From Cryomorphaceae bacterium (GTDB lineage Bacteria; Bacteroidota; Bacteroidia; Flavobacteriales; Schleiferiaceae), in contig JAYOSU010000001.1 in NCBI GenBank assembly GCA_038139395.1, positions 16,746 to 80,745 on the forward strand: 64,000 nucleotides of DNA, in the 5' to 3' direction. The position numbers were made by a program, and so were the translations under genes. Below the pieces are notes generated by a model. The model saw nothing but the letters and a program-made list of their open reading frames with translations, did no database searches and was not told the DNA's origin. Shown here piece by piece: positions 46,030 through 53,741 of the stretch (its first letter is position 1; the number at the start of each line of letters is the position of its first letter).

Positions 46030-47220
46030 ATGAAAAACTACATCATTATAGGGGCCATTTCAATGGCCCTTTTTTCTTGCTCATCACCTGAGCAAGAAAC
46101 AGCAAAAGTCGCTGGAAAAAACTTTATAGGATCTATCATCCAAAACGATTCTACCCAAGTGTCCTTCAACGTTCATCTTGAGGACAATATTTTAACGTTT
46201 TACAACGGTGTACAAGAATCTTTTGAAGTAGCATTAAGCGGTCAAGACACTCTCAAAGGTACTTTCCCCGTATTCGCCTCTGACCTTTGGTTGGTTGCCA
46301 CCAAAGGTGGTTACAGCGGTGAATACTTCCGGACCGATGCTGAGAATTATGCACTCCAGATAGAACTAGTTCCAGGACGTATGACTTATGACAAGAGCCC
46401 TTCAGAATTCTCTAGCCAATATGCCATTACACGCTACATCGGCGATCAGGAAAAACCCGCATTACTGCAACTTGGCAAAAAAGACGGAGTACTCGTCGGG
46501 ACTATTGCAACCTCAACTGGTGACAGTAGATTCTTAACAGGTTATGGTGTTGAAGGCGGCTTTGAACTTATGGGCTTCGACGGCCGATTCATTTACAAGG
46601 TCCGTGCAATGGTAAAGAATGGTTTCATTGATGGCCATGTTTGGGCAGGGATGACAGGTTATTACCGCTTCAAAGGCATTGCAGATGATAATGCCACCTT
46701 AGAAGATCCAGAGAAAATGTCATCGTTGCGCGAAGACTATACCCACATCGAATGGCACTTGCCGGGTCTTGATGGCGATACCGTCCACTTTGATAGTCGC
46801 AACATAACGAAGCCGACCATTCTAGCCATTCAAGGGTCGTGGTGCCCGAACTGTATGGACGAAGGCCGTGTATTGGACCAGTACTATCGTGAATTTGAAG
46901 GAGCCATTGATGTTTTTGGACTGAGCTACGAATACAGCGGAACTTTAGAAAAAGCAACAGCTGCCGTACAGAAAATGGAGCGCGATTTGGGCACCTCTTT
47001 TCCCATGGTTATTGCCACATTCAATTCTGATCAGGACCGCAACGCCATTCTCCCTTTAGAGCGCATTAGAAGCTACCCCACTTCCATTATGTTAGATCAC
47101 GAAGGCAATGTTGTAAAGATTCATACCGGATTCTACGGTCCAAGTACAAAAGAGTACGAAGGATATGTCAAGCATACCCGAGAAGAATTGAAAGCACTTG
47201 TTGCTGAAGCAAATGACTAA
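46030..47220 (+). CDS. TlpA/AhpC-like thioredoxin-fold lipoprotein with a large N-terminal domain of unknown function
   Basis: 396 aa, lipobox ISMALFSC. The redox motif SWCPNC lies in the C-terminal ~150 aa. Confidence 0.75.
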   Translation: MKNYIIIGAISMALFSCSSPEQETAKVAGKNFIGSIIQNDSTQVSFNVHLEDNILTFYNGVQESFEVALSGQDTLKGTFPVFASDLWLVATKGGYSGEYFRTDAENYALQIELVPGRMTYDKSPSEFSSQYAITRYIGDQEKPALLQLGKKDGVLVGTIATSTGDSRFLTGYGVEGGFELMGFDGRFIYKVRAMVKNGFIDGHVWAGMTGYYRFKGIADDNATLEDPEKMSSLREDYTHIEWHLPGLDGDTVHFDSRNITKPTILAIQGSWCPNCMDEGRVLDQYYREFEGAIDVFGLSYEYSGTLEKATAAVQKMERDLGTSFPMVIATFNSDQDRNAILPLERIRSYPTSIMLDHEGNVVKIHTGFYGPSTKEYEGYVKHTREELKALVAEAND

Positions 47221-47716
47221 TTACCTTGAACGCATATTTACAGATTTTAAAGAAATCTCCCGCTCCAAGCGGAAAGAGAACAAGAAATTCTTTGCCCGCC
47301 TAAACGGGAAAGACCCAAAACGTTTGAATGAGGAATTCCATGCGATGCACGAGGAGGTATTTGCCGAAACGGATTGCGTGCGTTGTGCACGCTGCTGCCG
47401 GGCTACAGGACCCCTAGTTACTAAGAAGGATATTCAACGTATTGCAAAAAAACAGGGAATTAAAACTGCCGTTTTTGAAGAAAAATATTTGCGCGTGGAT
47501 GAGGATGGAGACTGGGTAATGAAAAGCTTGCCGTGTCCATTTTTAGCATTAGACACTAACAGATGTACTATTTACGAATATGCTCCTAAGGCATGTAGAC
47601 AATACCCACACACGGATCATCCTAACATGAAATCAATTTTAGGTTTAACAGAAACCAACGTCATGCATTGTCCCGCAGTTTTCGAAATGGTAGAAAGAAT
47701 GAAAGCCAATCAGTAG
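47213..47716 (+). CDS. YkgJ-family Cys-cluster (CxxCxxCC) protein
   Basis: CVRCARCCRATGP ... CPFL...NRCTIYEYAPKACRQYP. The ATG at 47213 overlaps the upstream stop (ATGACTAA). Confidence 0.8.
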   Translation: MTNYLERIFTDFKEISRSKRKENKKFFARLNGKDPKRLNEEFHAMHEEVFAETDCVRCARCCRATGPLVTKKDIQRIAKKQGIKTAVFEEKYLRVDEDGDWVMKSLPCPFLALDTNRCTIYEYAPKACRQYPHTDHPNMKSILGLTETNVMHCPAVFEMVERMKANQ

Positions 47717-47717
47717 C

Positions 47718-49463
47718 TTATTGCTCTGTATAAATGTGATAGCTGTCAATGTTATCAGGTACATCATTGTTGTACCATTCCACATTCTCAAGGCCTCCAC
47801 TTTGAGCCCAACTCAGAAAATTTAAGTATGCCAGCGTAATTTCAGTTTGCTCGAAAGGATATTTAAAACTACCTGGGATCTTTAATGCCCAAGGCTTTCC
47901 GTTTATTTGTTTATAATATGTTCCTTCTCCTGGATTACCAGCATCTAGGCCAGAACCTATCAGGTTTTGATCTGCCAAAAATGTGGGTAGCTCATTAGGG
48001 AGGTGAATCTCCATACCCCGCGTTTTATCTTTAACAAGGAATATATTGAAGGAAGCCGCCACAGATGAATTCACAGGGGTAATAAAATTGACGTCCACAC
48101 TATCCCAAGAATCTTGTGTTGTCGGTATATTTCTAAACGTATTCCATTCGGAAAGATCGTTGCTAATTAAATCTTCAAAAATAATACTGGTCTCGTTAGA
48201 TGAGCCGCTTTCAACACCATCAACTGAGCTGTGATATGATTCCGATTGTTGGTATCCTGCAACAGAAACATTAGATGGGTCTGTTAAATACGAAAAGCCT
48301 ATTCCATTTGCGAACGATGCACCCCGTGCTTTAAAAAGATAAATTAAACGCGATTTGACTAGCTCATTGTCTGAATTATAAAATGTCTTGACGATGTAAG
48401 GCATAACAACATCATTAAAATCATAATCACCTTCCCACGGCCAATTGTCCTCAGCAACAAAAGTTGCCGTGTCAGTAGTTACTGCATGAGTTAAGGATGG
48501 ATTATTTGGAAATTCATCAATATCGTCTAAAACACCATCGCCATCTGAATCCACAGCAGGAGGTGCGCTGTTATTCATAACACAAGTGAAATCTGCTATT
48601 GTAAAGGCTGCTATACGGTCATAGTAATTTCCGGCTTTCGCAACAAAACGTTGATTTTGTAATGAACTTAGCGAATAAGTCACTTGAAAAGTATTTGCTG
48701 TTCCTCCCCCTATTCCACTCGTATTATCAATCTTAAAACCATCGAACGCATATTGTGGTAGACTGTAGGCTAGATTTCCCGTCATCCCTGTAGCTGGCGT
48801 GAATACCGGTGTTCCAACTAAGTTACCTGAATTTGCCTCAATAGCAAAGTGACTTAAGGCCTTACAGTTCGGACCACCACATCCATTATGTGCTACTTGA
48901 ATGGTAATATCGTAACTAGACCCATTGTATGTTACCGACTGAATCTTGGTTCCATAGCCAAAACTATTGGCTGCGCCACCAGCATTGTCATTGGCCAAGG
49001 AATCTGTACATGCTGTTTTCGCACTTGAACTGATGTTATCCAAAATAAATGCTGATTTTAAATCAACAGATATTCTTCTATTATTGATAGGTAGAATAAA
49101 ATGACTAATTCTTCCATCACCAAGAAATACTGATACTTCGGACTCACTATCGCTCAGCCTGGTTATAAAATTATGACTTGTCAAAGTACCATCGAGTGAT
49201 GTATAAATTGGTGCATCATGATTCACTCTTTTTACTTGAATCTTGCGAACATCAAATGCACTAGTGTTACCAATAAACTGCAACTCAACCTCACCATACA
49301 TCTCAAAATTAAAATCTTCGGGAACTACCAAAGATGCCATATCCACAGCTTTAGGCGGGGCTGTTGGATTCACCTCGCTTGAACATGAGACTAACAGAGT
49401 CATTCCAAAAAGGAGAATGACATGGGTGATATATTGAAGAAACTTAATCAATTCTTGAAACAT
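47718..49463 (-). CDS. LruC-domain lipoprotein
   Basis: From the ATG at 49463: MFQELIKFLQYITHVILLFGMTLLVSC. An acidic Ca-binding-like DSDGDGVLDDIDEFPNNP is followed by EDNWPWEGDYDFNDVVMPY, the characteristic start of the LruC domain. Confidence 0.72.
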   Translation of the reverse strand: MFQELIKFLQYITHVILLFGMTLLVSCSSEVNPTAPPKAVDMASLVVPEDFNFEMYGEVELQFIGNTSAFDVRKIQVKRVNHDAPIYTSLDGTLTSHNFITRLSDSESEVSVFLGDGRISHFILPINNRRISVDLKSAFILDNISSSAKTACTDSLANDNAGGAANSFGYGTKIQSVTYNGSSYDITIQVAHNGCGGPNCKALSHFAIEANSGNLVGTPVFTPATGMTGNLAYSLPQYAFDGFKIDNTSGIGGGTANTFQVTYSLSSLQNQRFVAKAGNYYDRIAAFTIADFTCVMNNSAPPAVDSDGDGVLDDIDEFPNNPSLTHAVTTDTATFVAEDNWPWEGDYDFNDVVMPYIVKTFYNSDNELVKSRLIYLFKARGASFANGIGFSYLTDPSNVSVAGYQQSESYHSSVDGVESGSSNETSIIFEDLISNDLSEWNTFRNIPTTQDSWDSVDVNFITPVNSSVAASFNIFLVKDKTRGMEIHLPNELPTFLADQNLIGSGLDAGNPGEGTYYKQINGKPWALKIPGSFKYPFEQTEITLAYLNFLSWAQSGGLENVEWYNNDVPDNIDSYHIYTEQ

Positions 49464-49603
49464 TATTCCATCCAATCAAAAGTATGATTATAAATCGAAT
49501 TTATTCATCTTGATTTGAACATACGAATACTTTTTTTCTACAAATCGATCAACACCGAACAGTCAAATCAAAGAAGGGCGCGTACATGTATAGCTCTTAT
49601 TGT

Positions 49604-51250
49604 TTATTTACCCTTATTTGTGAGCGTATTCAGTGCGATAGATATTGAAATCACAATCAATGTGGCTATTACATTATACCATAAAAAACCTAGTGTTATG
49701 TAATCTTGAATATTCAAATAGTGGCAGATGAAAATGACTGTTTGTCCAACAACACCGCCGATGAATACTTGATTGCCTCCTATGTTCTTTAAGAATAAAC
49801 CCACTAAAAATATACCGAGTATAGTTCCGTAAAAAAGGCTGCCTAAGACGTTCACTAATTGAATCAAGTTTTCATACAAAGGGGCCGCAAGCGCAACAAA
49901 TATGGCAGCAATGCCCCATAATAAAACTAGGGAGCGAATAGTGCGTTTCTCATCGTGATTTCTATGACCAAAGAATACTTTATAGTAGTCCACGTAAGTT
50001 GTGGTAGCCAAAGCAGAAACTTCACCAGCAGTTGAGGACATGGCGGCGCAAATAATTACTGCAAGTAGTAATCCTATAAGACCGTTAGGTAGATTGTTCA
50101 AGATGAATGTGATAAAGACATAATCCGTGTCTTTAGTTTGAAAGTTCTTCAAATTGCTATTAAGCAAATCCATGTAATCTGCTCTCAAAGCTTCTTGCCG
50201 GTCGTTGAATCTATGCGCACTTTTCCAATCTGCGTGAATTAATGCTTCCCTTTTATTATCCCATACCAATGCATGTTCAAATTCAATAGTTTTTAATTGG
50301 TTTTGAATTTCAAGAGGCGCACGTTCTATCTCGCTTTGATTGAAGAATATGGGAGGCTTAACAAATTGGTAAAACACAAATAAGAAAACTCCAATAGAGA
50401 GAATTGCAAATTGCATGGGCACCTTAAATGTTGCATTAAACAGTAACCCAAACTTGGAACTACTTTCATCCTCAGCCCCCAAATATCGCTGGACTTGACT
50501 CTGATCTGTTCCCAAATAACTCAATGAAAGAAATAGGCCACCTGCTAAGCCGGACCAAATGGTATACCGCGTTCCAGGATCAAATGAAGTGCTCACAATA
50601 TTCAGCTTACCCATATTTCCGGCAATTTGATACGCATCGTAAATGCTTACAGGAATTAGTTGAATAAGAATAGTTGTGGCAATTGCCATACCTATTAGAA
50701 TCACTGTCATCTGCCATTTTTGAGTAACTGCAACAGCAGCTGAACCTCCACTCACCGTGTAAACAACTACAATTAAGCCAATAATAATAATCATACTATT
50801 CAACGGAACACTGATAGCGGCAGAAAGAACAATCGCAGGGGCAAAAATGGTTATTCCTGCACTTAAACCTCTTGAGGTAAGAAACAAGGCGGCAGTAAAT
50901 AATCTGGTTTTCCTGTCAAAGCGTTTCTCAAGGAATTGATATGCTGTAATTGCCCGCATTTTTCGGTAGGCAGGAACAAAAAATGCACTGACAATAACCA
51001 CGGCTAGGGGCATTCCAAAGTAGAATTGGATGAAACCCATATCGTTTGCAAAGGCCTGCCCAGGAGTAGATAAAAATGTAATAGCAGATGCTTGGGTTGC
51101 CATTATCCCCAAGCCAATGGTCCAGGGACTTACCTTTTTAGAACCGCTTAATAATTCCCTTGCAGTAGCACTTTTTCTGGTTTTATAAACTCCATAACCA
51201 ACAATTAAGGCAAGAGTCAAGCCCAGAACCAACCAATCTATTGGATGCAT
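49604..51250 (-). CDS. Sodium:solute symporter (SSF) family transporter
   Basis: 548 aa with about 13-14 helices and an SSF-type N-terminus (DWLVLGLTLALIVGYGVYKTRK...). Confidence 0.9.
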   Translation of the reverse strand: MHPIDWLVLGLTLALIVGYGVYKTRKSATARELLSGSKKVSPWTIGLGIMATQASAITFLSTPGQAFANDMGFIQFYFGMPLAVVIVSAFFVPAYRKMRAITAYQFLEKRFDRKTRLFTAALFLTSRGLSAGITIFAPAIVLSAAISVPLNSMIIIIGLIVVVYTVSGGSAAVAVTQKWQMTVILIGMAIATTILIQLIPVSIYDAYQIAGNMGKLNIVSTSFDPGTRYTIWSGLAGGLFLSLSYLGTDQSQVQRYLGAEDESSSKFGLLFNATFKVPMQFAILSIGVFLFVFYQFVKPPIFFNQSEIERAPLEIQNQLKTIEFEHALVWDNKREALIHADWKSAHRFNDRQEALRADYMDLLNSNLKNFQTKDTDYVFITFILNNLPNGLIGLLLAVIICAAMSSTAGEVSALATTTYVDYYKVFFGHRNHDEKRTIRSLVLLWGIAAIFVALAAPLYENLIQLVNVLGSLFYGTILGIFLVGLFLKNIGGNQVFIGGVVGQTVIFICHYLNIQDYITLGFLWYNVIATLIVISISIALNTLTNKGK

Positions 51251-51364
51251 TTAAACGAAGTCGCGCGTGATGAAGTAAAACAAAACAATTTCTACTACCA
51301 ATAGTGCAATAACACCCACGTAGTACTTTTTCCAATTCAATGTTTGAGATGTTTTAATAGTCAT
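51251..51364 (-). CDS. 37-aa single-pass membrane micro-protein between the PIG-L and SSF genes
   Basis: My translation is MTIKTSQTLNWKKYYVGVIALLVVEIVLFYFITRDFV*. The ATG overlaps the PIG-L gene end by 11 nt. The stop TAA abuts the SSF ATG (TAAATG). It is below the ORF-track cutoff. Confidence 0.4.
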   Translation of the reverse strand: MTIKTSQTLNWKKYYVGVIALLVVEIVLFYFITRDFV

Positions 51365-53741
51365 AATGGAGTATGTTTTGTAATAATTTCATGGCACCTG
51401 GAACTCCCGCAGGTAACTCTCGGAATAAGGATAATCCCGTGTAAATTACGGAACCTTTTCCATAATGACCAACAATCGTGCTATTGGTATAGTTTATCCC
51501 GGTACTTTCTTTGATGCTTAGCACCTCAGTAAAACCCTTATAGTCTTTAGGAAAGTACAGACCACGTTCCTGCACCCAAAAATCAAAATCGGAAGGTAGT
51601 ATTTTGTTGGGCTTTTGAAGAACTAAGTGATTCATCATGGTAATTTGTGCATCTTCTTCTGTCACCCTATCTCTTCCAACAGTCAACGGAATGGGCGTTG
51701 GCAATTCTATACCACTTCTTCCCGCAGTCGTGTAGGTAACAACAAAGTTGCCACCTCCTTCAACGAAGGTCTTGATTCTATCCCCACTATTCATGAGCCA
51801 TTTCTCTGTATTGAAGGCGCGAATCCCCACTAGTACAGCATCTACTTCGTTCCATAAATCCGGAGTGTCTTCGGTGATTCGTAGTACCTCATACCCCAAA
51901 TTCTCCAAAGTTTCATCCATGATATCACCAGCACCTTCAATGTAGCCTACTTTGATCCGTTTCTTATTTAAATCCAATACGGTTAAAGTAGCATCTGCTG
52001 GAAAAAATCTATAATGCGTCCCGATGTGTGGGTAGCTAATCGTGTGTTTCTGACTTACCATTGAAAAAGGGGAAAATTTCCTTGAGTCCCCGGGTTCTTT
52101 TGCTAGAAATAAGAAATACTTACCCTCTGTCATTTTCGTAGGGATTACAGCTGTAAAGTGATTCCAACCAGACTTTAGAACTTTATTCTCCTTGAATTCA
52201 AAACCTACTTCCAAACCTCTTTTAGCGCTCAAATACCATTCAAACTCACCCCCTTCCTTGGAATAAATACTGTATCCTATGGTTCCTTTCTTTCCAGTAT
52301 TCCAATACACTCTTTGGTCAAACTTTGCATGTATGGACGGCTCCACCGCAATGGCTTCTCTATACTCCCCGACGGCCCTATCCACCAATTTTGCTATTGG
52401 TTTAAGATGCAGCATGATAATAGATTCATGAGACTCAATTCTAACCCTTACTGTACGCTTCGAAATTTCTGAATCCAATGGCAAATCCAACTGTTGGGTA
52501 AAGCCTTCATTAGAAACAACTTGAGGAGGATTAAAAGCCATGACGTCTGGCAAAGCGTTTTTCGTGGGTGTTTTCACTGAAGCCACATGAACAGGATTGT
52601 CCGGATTCAATGACTGTATCTTGAGTGTGGCTGGATGAGAAAAACTTTCCTGAATTGGATTCGTTTCCACGTATACCTCAGCATAGACCTCTAAAAGATG
52701 AAGCATAACCTTCTGCCACCTTTGGTATTTATCTGATGCAGGTGCTGTTTCATTAATTAAAATACTTCCTAACTCCGCCCATTTAGAAATCGCTTGGGCT
52801 CTATCTCCAATCTCCAAGGCAAAGGCTGCTTCATTTGCCAATACAGATGAAAATTCAGCACTTTCAGATTCTGTATCTAAGAAAGAATCTAAATCTCCTA
52901 AACCCCATAGCTTTTTAAAATATTCATCTCTTGGGCCCCTGTTTATGGCGACACCAAAACCTTGACATTTGTGCATAGAACGGGCCGCATCCCCAATAGC
53001 TCCATAAGTATCACCTAACAAAGGGTCAAAGCCGCTCAGGTTAAGGTGAATGGCCTCAGGATCATCCTTTAAGGTTTTATCCCACCAAATAGATGTATTC
53101 CACCAAACGCCTTGGACAGTCCAAGGGTGAGTTTCATTATCAAAACTTGAATCTGCAGCCAAAGCTGCACTTTCTATTGCTAATTCAGCAGAAGCCGTGT
53201 GATGGCCGTGACCTGCTCGTTCATCTGGAGGGAACCTGGTAATTATGAAATCTGGTTTTAACTCTCGAATCGTACGCACTGTCTGTAGCTGCAAGTCGTC
53301 ATGGTCCCATTTGGTCCACACTTCTTGAACGCTTTTGGAATATCCAAAATCCAAGGCATCTGTGAAACGTTGATAACCGCCATCTATGGCGCGCGCCGCA
53401 CGAAGCTCTTGCTCCCTGATCACACCCAAGTCAGTTCCTAACTCATCTCCAATTAAATTTTGCCCACCAGAACCTTTTGTCAATGATAAATAGGTGGTCT
53501 CAGCATTAAGTGCATTCGAAAACCAGGCAATCAATCTCGTGTTTTCGTCGTCCGGGTGTGCCGCTATGTAAAGCACCCTTTTTCCAGAGGAAAACCGTTG
53601 CATTTCTGCCAATGCTTGACTCATATTCATTGGATGGTATTGTGCAACTGACTGATAACCAAGGAATATTAAAAGAGCTAGGAGATAAGGCCGAACAAAG
53701 GAGGTTTTCTGCGTTATATTAGTGCACCAATTTGGAATCAT
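51354..53741 (-). CDS. Exported PIG-L/LmbE-family deacetylase fused to a C-terminal ThuA/GATase1-like domain
   Basis: 795 aa. Signal-like FVRPYLLALLIFLGYQSVAQ, PIG-L motifs YIAAHPDDEN and GHGHHTAS. The C-terminal block is IKVGYIEGAGDIMDETLENLGYEVL...VLVGIRAF...GGGNFVVTY. Confidence 0.85.
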   Translation of the reverse strand: MIPNWCTNITQKTSFVRPYLLALLIFLGYQSVAQYHPMNMSQALAEMQRFSSGKRVLYIAAHPDDENTRLIAWFSNALNAETTYLSLTKGSGGQNLIGDELGTDLGVIREQELRAARAIDGGYQRFTDALDFGYSKSVQEVWTKWDHDDLQLQTVRTIRELKPDFIITRFPPDERAGHGHHTASAELAIESAALAADSSFDNETHPWTVQGVWWNTSIWWDKTLKDDPEAIHLNLSGFDPLLGDTYGAIGDAARSMHKCQGFGVAINRGPRDEYFKKLWGLGDLDSFLDTESESAEFSSVLANEAAFALEIGDRAQAISKWAELGSILINETAPASDKYQRWQKVMLHLLEVYAEVYVETNPIQESFSHPATLKIQSLNPDNPVHVASVKTPTKNALPDVMAFNPPQVVSNEGFTQQLDLPLDSEISKRTVRVRIESHESIIMLHLKPIAKLVDRAVGEYREAIAVEPSIHAKFDQRVYWNTGKKGTIGYSIYSKEGGEFEWYLSAKRGLEVGFEFKENKVLKSGWNHFTAVIPTKMTEGKYFLFLAKEPGDSRKFSPFSMVSQKHTISYPHIGTHYRFFPADATLTVLDLNKKRIKVGYIEGAGDIMDETLENLGYEVLRITEDTPDLWNEVDAVLVGIRAFNTEKWLMNSGDRIKTFVEGGGNFVVTYTTAGRSGIELPTPIPLTVGRDRVTEEDAQITMMNHLVLQKPNKILPSDFDFWVQERGLYFPKDYKGFTEVLSIKESTGINYTNSTIVGHYGKGSVIYTGLSLFRELPAGVPGAMKLLQNILHYDY

